Shown here: positions 30,340 to 41,258 of the stretch, in pieces
How positions within the stretch are numbered: position 1 is the first letter of the stretch
How the letters are laid out: the number at the start of each line of letters is the position of its first letter
Source: an uncultured delta proteobacterium
GTDB lineage: Bacteria > Desulfobacterota > Desulfomonilia > Desulfomonilales > Desulfomonilaceae
DNA: 64,000 nt
Assembly: GCA_963789265.1 (NCBI GenBank)
Contig: CAWBKB010000001.1
Location: 896,001-960,000, forward strand
Reading direction: 5' to 3'
Position numbers and translations under genes: made by a program
The notes under the pieces: model-generated
What the model was told of the DNA's origin: nothing
What the model saw: only the letters and a program-made list of their open reading frames with translations
Database searches by the model: none

Positions 30340-31638
30340 TCAGCCCGGAATCGGGAAAACAAACTGTGACGTGGTTTTAATTTCCGGGTGCTGCTTGTTA
30401 TAGCAGATACCAAGCTCCCAGGGCCATTTTCTGCCTGGAGCCCACTGGCCGGCGACCAGCGGAGTCTCGCTACAGTGGTCTTTCCGGAATTTGATAGGCC
30501 CAACCAAGGTAGCCAGATTCGTTTCAGCGAGGGCTTCTCGTATTTTGCTCTTATCCAAGGTTTGGGCACGCTTCAGAGCATCGAGAGCGATCTCTAATGA
30601 CGCGTAGGTAAACCCCAGGGGCATCGTCCATTGTTTTCCCGTTTCCTTAGCCCAGGCTTCGCCCAACTCCATCGACGTTTCTCCTGTGATAGACGATCTG
30701 TAGGGATGGTATGGACTCCACCACAACTCCGAAATCAGGCCCTCAGGCAAATTGCCGGGCAGGGCATTCAGTGCTCCCGGGAATTCCGTGGCCTTGGATA
30801 CCGCTACCATCTTAGGCAAAAGCCCGTCCTGCCTCGCCTGACGCCAAAAGTTCGCCCAATCGGGAGGAATAGGCACACCGCCTATTATTTCAACCTTTTC
30901 TCGTTTGAAGAGGCTGATCATGTCAGTAAAGTCGGGAGTCCAATAGCTGAATCTTCCGGGGTCCACAACCTTGTACCCTCTGCCGGTAAGCTTCTTACCG
31001 AACACTTCCGCCCACGCTTTGCCGTCGGGATCGTTGGGCCACAATGCGCCAAAGACCTTGCTCGTCTTGTCCGCATACTCATCCCACATCCCGATAAAGA
31101 GATCGCTCAGAGAGTCCACTGACCAAAACGCATGGTAACACCACTCGTAAGGTCCTCCAGAAAGCCACGATTCGAGTGGAACATCCGCGGACACGCATGG
31201 AACGTGATATTTGTCGCAGACTTTGCTGACCGGGTTCACAGTATCCGGAGTGTGCAGGACGACCATTAGGTCGATCTTGTCTTTGAGAATGAGATCTGTT
31301 GCAACCTTAGCGGCCCTCTCGGGATCGCTCTGGGTGTCAACCAGCTTAACCTGCACCGGGAGCGATTTGTTCAATTCCTTGATGAAAATGCCCCCCTTTT
31401 TGTTCACCACAGAGATCGCGCGTTCATCGGCCCACGGCGAAACCGCGCCGAATTCGGAAATCATGCCGGTGGATGGGTTGGGGTGGCCGATGAGAATGTG
31501 GCCGCGGGCTTCGGCAGCCGCCGGCCTCACGTCCAGGAACGTCCCTGCCGCCCCCAGCACAAGGCCGGCTGCGCCGGCCTTCTTCAGAAACTCTCGTCGT
31601 GTGATTCTCTTATCCGCTTTCTTGATCTCCATAGTCAT
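30340..31638 (-). CDS. Tat-exported ABC substrate-binding protein (LivJ/PBP1-like), orphan
   Basis: ITRREFLK twin-arginine signal; VDTQSDP, WPNDPDG; no permease or ATPase adjacent. Confidence 0.85.
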   Translation of the reverse strand: MTMEIKKADKRITRREFLKKAGAAGLVLGAAGTFLDVRPAAAEARGHILIGHPNPSTGMISEFGAVSPWADERAISVVNKKGGIFIKELNKSLPVQVKLVDTQSDPERAAKVATDLILKDKIDLMVVLHTPDTVNPVSKVCDKYHVPCVSADVPLESWLSGGPYEWCYHAFWSVDSLSDLFIGMWDEYADKTSKVFGALWPNDPDGKAWAEVFGKKLTGRGYKVVDPGRFSYWTPDFTDMISLFKREKVEIIGGVPIPPDWANFWRQARQDGLLPKMVAVSKATEFPGALNALPGNLPEGLISELWWSPYHPYRSSITGETSMELGEAWAKETGKQWTMPLGFTYASLEIALDALKRAQTLDKSKIREALAETNLATLVGPIKFRKDHCSETPLVAGQWAPGRKWPWELGICYNKQHPEIKTTSQFVFPIPG

Positions 31639-32490
31639 TTTAAAACCTCTCCCAGAAGGCTTTCCGTGTGGGATCTTCAGAGACCGACGTCTCGTTTTTT
31701 ACGGTCTTCAGTTGTGTACCGTGCCAGGAAGGCTTGGTGCTACTTCATGTGCCGACCCTTTCCACGCGAAGATCAGGGACCTGTTTGATATGTTCACAGT
31801 CCTCTGTTTGGTCGGCGCAGCGATACCTGCTGGGTCTCAGCCCCATATCCAGATCAACCGGTAACGAGTCATGCTCTTCTCCCGCACTGAGGTCTATGCT
31901 TGACCAAAGCGCTGTATGAGAGTTCTACAGGTCCGCAAGCTGCTCGATTACAGCGCACAACTTCTCCTTACTTCTTACCGATGTTGTAGGTTTTGGAGCT
32001 TGAATTGGACTTACCGTGACAAGACTGCGTGTATCTCAAGGGCTTTGAGCCCGAATTCGGCAGATTTCGCATTCGGCGAGCAGGTTTTCCGGGAAACGCT
32101 GCGACGAAGAATTGTAATCCCGAAAAGCGGCTATCACTCCTTTCAGTTCGCTGAACATCGATGCTGGGTGCAGCGATATTCAACGAATAGACGCAACTAG
32201 TCAAGTCATAAAAACTTATCAAAGTATAAGTCAAACTTATGGCGTGACCGACAGAGAGTTCCGTTAGGGTCATCATGGGCCTAATGACCGGGACACGCCG
32301 ATAAGTAAAGGGATATAACCTGTAATCTCTTCTCGATAGCGATTTTCAAAAGTAATCACGGAAAAGGAATGATTTGGTGGCGACGCCCCGCGCGGATCGT
32401 GGGGCTGCCCGTCCATCAGCGACAGGCTGCTAGCACCAGGCCCGAAGCGCCATCTGGTTGTACCGTAATATTACTGTCGAAGTCACTCCT

Positions 32491-34767
32491 CTACAATTCC
32501 ACACCGAGGCGTTCCCAAACCGATTCTCCCTCTTCGATACCCACCGGTTTCAGGTGCCGATAGGTGGTGAACAGAAAATAGAGCAGCGGCAAGACTCCGA
32601 AGATGATGACAATCAGGTCGGGCACAACACGGAAGGTGGTCAGCGTCATAACAATGGGTCTTTCAAAAAACGAAGCATCCTTGGCCACCCACAACGCCTG
32701 AGAGAAGCACGTCCACACCTGGAGCAATCCCACCGGAAACAGGGTCGCTGCCATCATGAGTAACAAGCCGCCGTTGAACCCCCAAAATGACATCTTGAGC
32801 ATGCGATTGTTCCAATGGTCCTTGTCCACCATGCCTCTCCAGGAAAACAACAGCAAGGCTATGGAGAGCATTCCGTACACTCCGAACAAGGCTCCGTGTG
32901 CATGGTTGACTGTTAGATATGTCCCGTGCTCGTAGTAGTTGGCAAGTGGAAGATTGTTCAAGAAGCCAAAGACACCGGCGCCGAGGAAGTTCCAGAACGA
33001 TGAGGCTCCCAGGAAGAACAGAGGCCATTTGTACGGGAATGCCTCTCCTTTTCGACGGACCTCCCTATATTCGATCAGGCCGCGAACCACAAGTCCCAAT
33101 AGCGGGATCGGCTCAAGGGATGAAAATACCGATCCTATTGCAAGCCAGAGGGAAGGTTGGCCGAACCAGAAGAAGTGGTGAGCCGTACCGAGAATCCCAC
33201 CCAAAAAGACGAGAGCAATTGTGAAGTAGGCCACTGTGAGAGCTGCTTTTGCGGTGGCCAATCCCATTGTCACCAGCAGCAAGGCGATTACCGCTATGCC
33301 AAAAAACTCAAAGATGCTTTCAACCCATATATGAACCACAAACCATCGCCAGTAATCGGCGAGGGTTAAATGAGTTCCTCTCCCGTACAGAAGGCCAAAT
33401 CCAAAAAATGCGACAACTAGGACAGCACTGATAACGTACAAAACGATGAGTGCATTGAAATCGTCCTTGTGCCCCAGTTTGAAGTGATGCCTGATAGGGC
33501 GGTACACGATGAAAAGCCATGCAATGAGGCCGATGTAAAGAATGATCTGCCACGCCCGGCCAAGCTCCAGATATTCCCAGCCCTGATGGCCGAACCAGAA
33601 CCACCAATCGCCAAGAAGATGCTTGATTCCCGCAACTTCTCCCAGGAGACTCCCACCAGCTACGATGAGGATCGCGGCAAAAAGTAGCTGAACCAAGGTC
33701 CCTTGACGTCTGGGCTCTATCCCGCCAATCACAGGAGCAATATATATTGCTGAGGCAATCCAGGTGGTTAGTATCCAGAATATAGCCAACTGGAGGTGCC
33801 ACGTCTTGGCCCAATTGTATGGCATCCACTTTGCCACTATCTGGAGGTAAAAGCTCGCCGGATGAACGGTGTAGTGCGCCAGAAGTCCGCCCATGCAGGT
33901 CTGTGCAAGGAATAGAAGGACAACCACGAGAAAGTATTTCGCGGCTTTGTGCTGGCTGGAAGTCAAAGGCATGTCAATCAGCCGGTCGCCCAAGGGAACC
34001 CCTTTGGCCGCTCCGTACCACAGGCCGTAGTAGTGGACAAAGAAAACGAAGATCCCTGCCACTATGAGGAAGGATAGGAGCCCACCAAGCGTCCACAGGT
34101 AGGTTGAAGTGGTAGGGACGTTGCCCACGCTTCGGTCTGCCGGCCAATTGTTGGTGTACGTGTATTTCGTACCAGGTCGATTTGTTGAGGCAACCCACGC
34201 TGTCCAGAAGAAGAAGCGCCCTATTTCAAGCCTCTGCTTCTGTGAGTCGATTGTGTGGGGCAAGAATCCGTACCGTTTTTCCCCGTTCTTGAACGTATCT
34301 TCCCAGTGGCGCTCAACAGCTTTGAGCCCTGAGACCTGAGCATCGGTAAGGGTCAGTGTGTCGCTCGCAGGGTCATAGCGATTCTGTCTGATTTCGTGGA
34401 TGGCTTTGACGCCAACCAGGTCCTTTTGGAGGTCGTCCAACTCGGAATAGGGTTTTCCATAATCTTTTTGGGCAATGGAACCCCTTACTTCTTCGCTGAT
34501 TAAATGCAGGCTGGCAGCCGAGAATTCAGGTCCTCTCTGGGTGCCGTGTCCCCACACCATACCCTGATCCATAAGGCCGTAGCTCTGAAAGACATCTTGC
34601 CCCTCAAGGATGTCCTGTTTGGTGAATAATACCGCGCCGTCCGGTCCCACAACTTTTCCGGGATAGGGGGCGAGTTGGTGAATCGTAGTCAGCCCGCCAA
34701 TGATAAGAATGGTCAGAGTAATAACAAAGCACAAAATAGCGGCCCATTTGAGCCCTCGTAGTGACAT
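32491..34767 (-). CDS. norZ: Quinol-dependent nitric oxide reductase (qNOR)
   Basis: WGHG, YTNNWP, TWHLQ, WFVVHIWVE, GTAHH, SSLEP, HAHGALFGVYG; start ATG 34767 after GAGGAGGA. Confidence 0.92.
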   Translation of the reverse strand: MSLRGLKWAAILCFVITLTILIIGGLTTIHQLAPYPGKVVGPDGAVLFTKQDILEGQDVFQSYGLMDQGMVWGHGTQRGPEFSAASLHLISEEVRGSIAQKDYGKPYSELDDLQKDLVGVKAIHEIRQNRYDPASDTLTLTDAQVSGLKAVERHWEDTFKNGEKRYGFLPHTIDSQKQRLEIGRFFFWTAWVASTNRPGTKYTYTNNWPADRSVGNVPTTSTYLWTLGGLLSFLIVAGIFVFFVHYYGLWYGAAKGVPLGDRLIDMPLTSSQHKAAKYFLVVVLLFLAQTCMGGLLAHYTVHPASFYLQIVAKWMPYNWAKTWHLQLAIFWILTTWIASAIYIAPVIGGIEPRRQGTLVQLLFAAILIVAGGSLLGEVAGIKHLLGDWWFWFGHQGWEYLELGRAWQIILYIGLIAWLFIVYRPIRHHFKLGHKDDFNALIVLYVISAVLVVAFFGFGLLYGRGTHLTLADYWRWFVVHIWVESIFEFFGIAVIALLLVTMGLATAKAALTVAYFTIALVFLGGILGTAHHFFWFGQPSLWLAIGSVFSSLEPIPLLGLVVRGLIEYREVRRKGEAFPYKWPLFFLGASSFWNFLGAGVFGFLNNLPLANYYEHGTYLTVNHAHGALFGVYGMLSIALLLFSWRGMVDKDHWNNRMLKMSFWGFNGGLLLMMAATLFPVGLLQVWTCFSQALWVAKDASFFERPIVMTLTTFRVVPDLIVIIFGVLPLLYFLFTTYRHLKPVGIEEGESVWERLGVEL

Positions 34768-34893
34768 CGGCATCCTCCTCCATACTGACTCTAATCCCCT
34801 GGCGGGAGCGACCGCCGGATACGTCCCGCGGACCGGAAATGCGACCGAAGCCACTGTCATGCAAGCGGTCGAGCCTTCACTTTTGACAGGTGA

Positions 34894-36576
34894 TCATTTT
34901 TCCTCGTTCTTAGCGGCCTTGACCTGGTCCATCCTCCGTAGTTCTTTGCGGAGGATCTTTCCTACCGCGCTCTTTGGCAGCTCTTTAACGAATTCCACGT
35001 ATTTGGGAACCTTGTACTTGACCAGATTTTCCTTGCAATAGTCGATAATTTCAATTGGTGTGGCCGTTTCCCCTTCCTTAAGAACAATGTATGCCTTGAT
35101 GCGCTCACCGGAATAAGCGTCGGGAACGCCTATGGCACAGGCTTCCAGGACCTTTGGATGAGAGAACAGCACCTCGTCCACATCCCTCGGATAGATATTG
35201 AAGCCTCCCGAGATTATCATATCCTTCTTGCGGTCCACGATACTGAAGTAGCCTTCTTCATCCACGATCGCGATGTCTCCCGTCAGGAGCCAGCCGTCTC
35301 TCAGGGTTATTGCCGTCTCGTCCGGGCGATTTATATACCCTTTCATGATCTGCGGACCCTTTAGACAAAGTTCCCCAGCTTCGCCCGAGGTCGTGATTTC
35401 TTTATTGTAATCGTCCACATCCACCAACTTGGCCTCAGTGTTGGATACCGGTAGGCCTATCGTGCCGGGCTTCGTCTTTGCGCCGTACGGATTGATGTGT
35501 GTCACGGGCGAAGTTTCGGTAAGGCCGTAACCTTCGCAAATCTGCGCACCGGTGAGCCTCTCGAAGCTCCTTAAAGTTTCCAGCGGAAGCGGAGCCCCGC
35601 CGGAAAAACACCCTTTGAGAGACTTTAGACTGTACTTCTTGAGCTGGGGGAAGTTGATCATTCCGTTGTACAGCGTAGGAACTGCCGGCATGAACGTGGC
35701 CTTGTACCTGTCTATGGCATCCAAAATCGTCTTGGGTTCCGGCTTGGGGATCAAGACGTCCGCGTATGCTTTATAGATCCCAATGTTCATGGCGGAGGTC
35801 ATTCCGAAGGAATGGAAGAACGGCAGGCAGCCGACCACGATCTCGCCCCCCGGCTCGAAATCTGGAAACCACGCCGCAGATTGCTGAACATTACATGACA
35901 GATTTGCATGGGTCAGCTCGACGCCTTTTGACACACCGGTCGTACCGCCTGTATATAGCAGCACGGCAGTGCTCTCCCATTTCAGCTTCGGGGGATCGGT
36001 AACAGGCGGATACTTCTTGATGAGGTCCATGAATTCGAGCACATCGGTAGCCGCGGGGGTCTTGAGGTGCATACTTTTTTTGACAAATGGAAAGAGTTGC
36101 TTGAGAGGAAAGGGCAGGAAATCTCGGATGTGGCAAGAAATTATCTTCTTTATCCCAGTCTTCTGCCTCAAATTGATCATCCGCGGGAGCAGGACATCCA
36201 GGCAAACCAGAAACGTAGACCCAGAATCATTATATTGGTGCTCCAGCTCCCGGTCCGTGTAAAGAGGGTTGTTCATCGCGACGACCGCGCCCGCGCGAAA
36301 CGTTCCGTAAATCGCGACCACCGTCTGGACGAGATTAGGGAGGAGTAGGGCCACCTTATCGCCCGGACTCACTCCCAGAGCTATCAGTCCGGACGCAAAT
36401 CTGGACACCATGTCGTCCAGTTGTCGGAAAGTCACGGTAGTCCCCTCGAACAGAAGCCCCGGGTTGTCGGGAAAACTCTGGGCTGTTCGCGCGAGTGCTT
36501 CCGACAGCGTTATTTTCTCGAAGTCGATCTCGGCAGGAACGTCATGGTGGTAGTATTTCAGCCACGTCTTTTCCAT
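34894..36576 (-). CDS. fadD: Long-chain fatty acid-CoA ligase
   Basis: YTGGTTGVSKG, EGYGLTE, LTGD, DRKKDMII, KSAVGK. Confidence 0.9.
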   Translation of the reverse strand: MEKTWLKYYHHDVPAEIDFEKITLSEALARTAQSFPDNPGLLFEGTTVTFRQLDDMVSRFASGLIALGVSPGDKVALLLPNLVQTVVAIYGTFRAGAVVAMNNPLYTDRELEHQYNDSGSTFLVCLDVLLPRMINLRQKTGIKKIISCHIRDFLPFPLKQLFPFVKKSMHLKTPAATDVLEFMDLIKKYPPVTDPPKLKWESTAVLLYTGGTTGVSKGVELTHANLSCNVQQSAAWFPDFEPGGEIVVGCLPFFHSFGMTSAMNIGIYKAYADVLIPKPEPKTILDAIDRYKATFMPAVPTLYNGMINFPQLKKYSLKSLKGCFSGGAPLPLETLRSFERLTGAQICEGYGLTETSPVTHINPYGAKTKPGTIGLPVSNTEAKLVDVDDYNKEITTSGEAGELCLKGPQIMKGYINRPDETAITLRDGWLLTGDIAIVDEEGYFSIVDRKKDMIISGGFNIYPRDVDEVLFSHPKVLEACAIGVPDAYSGERIKAYIVLKEGETATPIEIIDYCKENLVKYKVPKYVEFVKELPKSAVGKILRKELRRMDQVKAAKNEEK

Positions 36577-36831
36577 TGAAATGCTCCTCTTTAGCTCTGT
36601 ACGAGCGAAATAATAGGTCTAATTGACACAGAATGAAGAACTCCTTAACAGTATTCTTACACATACGCATGTAGATCCCCAAATAAAAAAATGGGTCCTC
36701 GAAGGTGCTCCAAGACGAATATCTTGCGAGACGGCATCGTGGTCGGGTACTCAAGGTTCCCCTTCATCGGATGCAAAAAAACGCATTTGTGGAAGCGTCC
36801 AGGGTTTGGTAGCGTCTTCTTGGAGCAAGGG

Positions 36832-37398
36832 ATGATATACTCCGGCATTATGTTCAAAATAATTCTTCGCGAAATCTTGGTCCTGCTGCTGTCCTTGGCC
36901 GTGTTTCCCGCGGCTGTGGTCCTGCTCCTGATTTTCAGTGATTCCCTTGACATCGGGCTATCCTTCTTAGCGCAGGAATACGGACTTTTGGGGGGGATGG
37001 GCCCGGGCGGCAGCGTGGTTGCCCTATGGGTCAAATGGTTCGCCCCATATCTGGTGTTGCAAGCCATCCGTGGATTTCTTTGGTCACAACGCAGCCTCAA
37101 CGGTAGAAGATGGGCGAATCTCTATTTCTCAGCGTTGACTGCATCCGTGGCAGCATGGTCGGTGTGGAGGATGTGGGACCTGTTCTATTTCATGTACGCT
37201 CTGGGAGATATGCCCGCCCAACTGATGCAATTCTTTCAAATGGAAGCCCGTGATATTCTGACATTCATCGGGTGTGTCATTCTCGTTGTATATTGCTTCA
37301 GCATCTTTCTCCACCCGGAAAGAAAGCGAAACCGTTCGATTGGCCAACCTAAAGATGCGCCTGGCAATTTCCGATCAGAGCGTGACCGTGGAAGTTGA
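36832..37398 (+). CDS. Hypothetical membrane protein (~4 TM)
   Basis: Hydrophobic segments; GGAG before ATG 36832. Confidence 0.6.
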   Translation: MIYSGIMFKIILREILVLLLSLAVFPAAVVLLLIFSDSLDIGLSFLAQEYGLLGGMGPGGSVVALWVKWFAPYLVLQAIRGFLWSQRSLNGRRWANLYFSALTASVAAWSVWRMWDLFYFMYALGDMPAQLMQFFQMEARDILTFIGCVILVVYCFSIFLHPERKRNRSIGQPKDAPGNFRSERDRGS

Positions 37399-37478
37399 GC
37401 CATCCGCGTAAAAGCGTGGCGCGAGGCATTGCGGAATCTAGCATTCGCAGCGCGCCGAGTCGTGGATCGCTCCGAGTT

Positions 37479-38114
37479 CTAGGCCGGCTTTACGAAATTT
37501 ATCGTAAAGGCCCACCAGTTGCCGTACTGGTGTTTCAGATGAAAACCGGCGGCTTCAGCTAAAGCGCGGACAGTATCGCGTGCCTGATAGTGAGGGTCAG
37601 GGAATATCTCTGTGATGGACAGCACTCCCCCCGGTTTCAGCAAGTCGTAAATTTCACGAAGCGCGGCTTCGCGGTCGGGAATCTCGCCCAGGACTGTCAC
37701 CAACAAAGCCAGGTCGAAGGCGTTGGATTCCACATTCCCCTGACCGATGCCACCCAAGACGGTACGGATGTTGGTTAGGCCGGATGCCGCGATTCGAGTT
37801 CCCAGTTTTCGCAGCATCGCCTCCTGAACGTCGAGGGCTACGACTTCACCTTCCGGCCCCAATTGACGGGCCACGGGAATAGTCAGGCGGCCGGGCCCAC
37901 ATCCTGCATCGAGCACACGCATGCCCGGCTTCAGATCAAGCAATTCCAGTTGTGGGTGACTGGTCCTCACGCCTCCGGTGATCGGGTTTTCCAGCAGCCA
38001 AGCCAACCATACAGGGCAAGGCAAAAAACGGCGCCTTGACGCGTAACGCCACCACAGGCTGATTCCCACCAGACCGATGATTACGACTGCAACGATGAGC
38101 GCTGCGATTTTCAT
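37479..38114 (-). CDS. Class I SAM-dependent methyltransferase with N-terminal anchor
   Basis: VLDAGCGPG, LKPGG. Confidence 0.85.
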   Translation of the reverse strand: MKIAALIVAVVIIGLVGISLWWRYASRRRFLPCPVWLAWLLENPITGGVRTSHPQLELLDLKPGMRVLDAGCGPGRLTIPVARQLGPEGEVVALDVQEAMLRKLGTRIAASGLTNIRTVLGGIGQGNVESNAFDLALLVTVLGEIPDREAALREIYDLLKPGGVLSITEIFPDPHYQARDTVRALAEAAGFHLKHQYGNWWAFTINFVKPA

Positions 38115-38155
38115 CTGTGTTTTCGAATGCTATTTCGCGCTTGATTGACGGAACT

Positions 38156-40288
38156 TCAAAGAATCTTCATCTTTTCGTTAATCAATTTAAGCATGGCAAC
38201 GTTATCGGTATGGCCTGTCTGCTTCGCCACTATTTTGCCGCGGATGGGCCGTCCCAACAGATAAAAATCTCCTATGATATCTAATATCTTATGGCGAACG
38301 AACTCATCAGGAAATCTGAGGGGTGGGTTCACGACTTTCTCCTCGTCCAGAAGCACCACGTTGGAAAGCCTTCCCCCACTGGCAAGCCCCATCTCATCCA
38401 TCATGCGCATATCCTTCACAAATCCGAAGGTCCGAGCGGGCGCGATCTCACGTTTGAAGTCCTCCGAGCCGACGCAGCGGTAAACCATGCTCATCTTGCC
38501 TATAGGTTTAGGATAATCGAGGATATATTCAATCTCGAAGAAATCTGAAGGCTCAACCCTAATGCTCTTGGTGTTACCCGGCGGCCGAGGGAGTTCCATG
38601 GGCTCGCCGATGACGATCTCCTCAACTGTCTCGTCCTGGGTGATGATTTCCGCGCTCTCCACTAGATTACAGAACTCGAGGGCCGAACCATCCATGATCG
38701 GTACTTCACCGGATATCTTCACGAGCACGTTTGTCAGGCCGTAGATATGAAAAACGGCCATAAGGTGCTCAATGGTGCGGGCGGCTAAGCCGTCACGACG
38801 CAGACACGTCGATAGTTCAGTTGACTCCACATTGCTCAGAACAGCCGGCAAGGTCCCGCCCGAGTTGATATGTCCGAACAAAATACCGCTAAAAGGAGGC
38901 AGCGGAGAAATGGTCAGACCGGTCTTAACTCCGGAGTGGAGCCCTTGGCCGTACTTAACCACCCGGCCTCTGAGCGTCTTTTGTTGATGGAACGGGCTGA
39001 GCCCGGGAGTCAACTTCGAGCGTGGCCGGCGGGTCGTTCCGATCAAAGGAGCGCGGTCCGGAATCGACTGTTCCGCGGACACTTGGTCAGAGGTACCTAA
39101 TGAAGTGGGAGAATGCGTGGAATCCCGAGAAGTTTCCCGTTCCCCGGGAATGAGCAGGTCGCCGGCGGTGATTCGAGGCCCGGGCGCAGTCATTACCACG
39201 TGCTCAATGAGGATCTTCAGTTCCTTCACATTCCCCGGCCACGAATACGAAAGAAGGCGCTCCATTGCGTCGTCATCCGTGCCGTTGATGTTTCTATCGA
39301 ACTCTTCAATCGCTTCCTTGAGAAAGTGATTTACAAACAAGGGGATGTCTTCGGCGCGTTCGCTAAGTGTGGGGAGTCTGATGATCCGCTGGGCAAGTCT
39401 GTCCGCGAGATCAGGCGGGAAATCGTCATCCCTAACAAGAGTTTCAGCATCTATCGTGGAGGTCGAAATTATCCGAAATCGAGAAGCTCCTCGGGAGCCG
39501 GCCCAGGTGTCCGGCCCGAAGTGATCCCGAAGAATTTTGTCCAGAGGCTCCCTCAGACGCTTGTCGAGGCGGTCTATTCTCACGAGGAGCAGCGTTCCGC
39601 GCGCCGCTTGCAGCATCTTTCCGGTTCTCTGATTGTTAGAGCCGTTGCTTTTGCCAATAAGTATATCCCGGATATTGTCGGGGCCAAGATCGGGGCAGCG
39701 AACCTTGACGAGGCTGTGCCGGTCCTTGCCTTCCAAATAATGAATGGTCCTTGCCAAGAACTCCTTGCCCGTACCCTTGTCACCCGTTAGCCATACGGCC
39801 CCGCCTTCCGTAGCAGCGTTTTCAAGGGCTCGCCTGAGCGCCGCGGCCTTGGAAGAGGCACCTATCAGTTGACTGGGACTCGACCCATTCCCCTGTCCCG
39901 AGCGTTTCGCAGACGAGCGGCTCGAAATAGCCGTTTGGACAAGATGGAGCACGTCTTCCAGGTTGAGAGGCTTTTCCAGATAGTCGGTGGCACCAAGCTT
40001 GATTGCTTTTACAGCAGTTTCGATGGTGCCATGGCCGCTCATCATGATGACCGAGCACTTTGGGTCGATCCTCTTGATGGCCTTCAAGGTCTGCATACCG
40101 TCGATTCCCGGGATCCATATATCGAGGAAGACCACATCAGGGGAGTCGCTTTGAACGACGTGCAGTGCTTCCTGGCCGTCGCGAACCTTGATCAGCTCAT
40201 GCCCCTCATCGGCAAGGATCGCTCCTAGCGAATCAAGGATCTCCTGCTGGTCGTCAACTATGAGTACTCTTCCCTTATTCATAATCAT
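38156..40288 (-). CDS. lpxC: Fusion: receiver domain + degenerate sigma54-type AAA+ domain + LpxC (UDP-3-O-acyl-GlcNAc deacetylase)
   Basis: REC (VLIVDD, FLDIW, MMSGHG, LEKP); AAA+ remnants (GDKGTGKE, WPGNVKEL); LpxC (QKTL...GQGLHSG, TIEHLMA, IAPARTFG, RHKILDIIGD, GH). Confidence 0.9.
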   Translation of the reverse strand: MIMNKGRVLIVDDQQEILDSLGAILADEGHELIKVRDGQEALHVVQSDSPDVVFLDIWIPGIDGMQTLKAIKRIDPKCSVIMMSGHGTIETAVKAIKLGATDYLEKPLNLEDVLHLVQTAISSRSSAKRSGQGNGSSPSQLIGASSKAAALRRALENAATEGGAVWLTGDKGTGKEFLARTIHYLEGKDRHSLVKVRCPDLGPDNIRDILIGKSNGSNNQRTGKMLQAARGTLLLVRIDRLDKRLREPLDKILRDHFGPDTWAGSRGASRFRIISTSTIDAETLVRDDDFPPDLADRLAQRIIRLPTLSERAEDIPLFVNHFLKEAIEEFDRNINGTDDDAMERLLSYSWPGNVKELKILIEHVVMTAPGPRITAGDLLIPGERETSRDSTHSPTSLGTSDQVSAEQSIPDRAPLIGTTRRPRSKLTPGLSPFHQQKTLRGRVVKYGQGLHSGVKTGLTISPLPPFSGILFGHINSGGTLPAVLSNVESTELSTCLRRDGLAARTIEHLMAVFHIYGLTNVLVKISGEVPIMDGSALEFCNLVESAEIITQDETVEEIVIGEPMELPRPPGNTKSIRVEPSDFFEIEYILDYPKPIGKMSMVYRCVGSEDFKREIAPARTFGFVKDMRMMDEMGLASGGRLSNVVLLDEEKVVNPPLRFPDEFVRHKILDIIGDFYLLGRPIRGKIVAKQTGHTDNVAMLKLINEKMKIL

Positions 40289-40571
40289 CGAATATTAGCT
40301 TTACGGAGTCCTTCAGGCAACCCCAAAATAGAGATGGACCGGAAATAAACTCTTGTTCATCTGTTATCTTCACCGCTGAGATCGCAGAGCACGCTGAGGA
40401 ACCCGTTTGTAACTTTCTGTAACTCAAGGGTCGTGTCGTATGTGGCGCTGCGATATTTGAAAATCTTTATCGGCGGGCCAGGGTATCCAAATGCTTATGG
40501 GTCTTGTGCAAGCCATTCTTCTTCTCCGCAATCTCAGCGGTGAAGCCATTTTCCCCGATGACCGGTCGCGA

Positions 40572-40913
40572 TCATTGAGATCGAGTGGTCAAAGAGTCGG
40601 CAGTTTCGCTCTTAGACGGGGCCATGGCTTGTGCCGACGATGTGTACGCCAGGAGATGCTCAAACCGCCGAGAATCCCCGATCGGAAAATGCGACGCGCC
40701 GGCGTTGGGCATGATTAGCGACGTCGTTGCCGCGGATACGGCGTACGCCCCTCGTGCCTTGGTGCCCGCAAACTCGGCGGCAACGACCACAAGCTTGGGA
40801 TCGAAGGCCCCACCTGCACGCCGGATAAATTGCCGGATTTCAGATCGAAAGCAGCCACCCCACAAGACTGCACATCCTAGTATACAAAGACACGTGACAA
40901 TGATTCTTCTCAT
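40572..40913 (-). CDS. Hypothetical exported protein
   Basis: MRRIIVTCLCILGCAVLWGGC signal-like N-terminus; no family recognised. Confidence 0.4.
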   Translation of the reverse strand: MRRIIVTCLCILGCAVLWGGCFRSEIRQFIRRAGGAFDPKLVVVAAEFAGTKARGAYAVSAATTSLIMPNAGASHFPIGDSRRFEHLLAYTSSAQAMAPSKSETADSLTTRSQ

Positions 40914-41258
40914 GAGCTTCTCCCGGAGATTGACTCTTGGGCCGGATTTTGAGGTCAATCCCGGACAGTCTTATACATTGTATGTACTTTATTATCAAGA
41001 TATTATGATGATAATGTCATGTAATTAAGAGATACCCAGGCCGGTCTTCTCTGAGCGTACCACAAAAAGCTACAACAATTGCAAATAGTTCTGTCCGATC
41101 TGCCTCGTGATGCGGCGATGACCGGGGCGAATGCCATTCGCCATCACTTGACAACCGAAGACTCCATGACCAAAAAAAGACCAGAGTTTAACTCAAAAGG
41201 TAAATCCAGCCCCGTATCGGGGAATATCACCATATCAGGAAAAAAAGGAGGCGCGACC

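Noticed and set aside
32491..34767. Possible nitric oxide dismutase (Nod)
   Set aside because: Canonical qNOR residues are retained (HIWVE, GTAHH with both His, SSLE Glu). The His-to-Asn and Glu-to-Gln changes described for Nod are absent.
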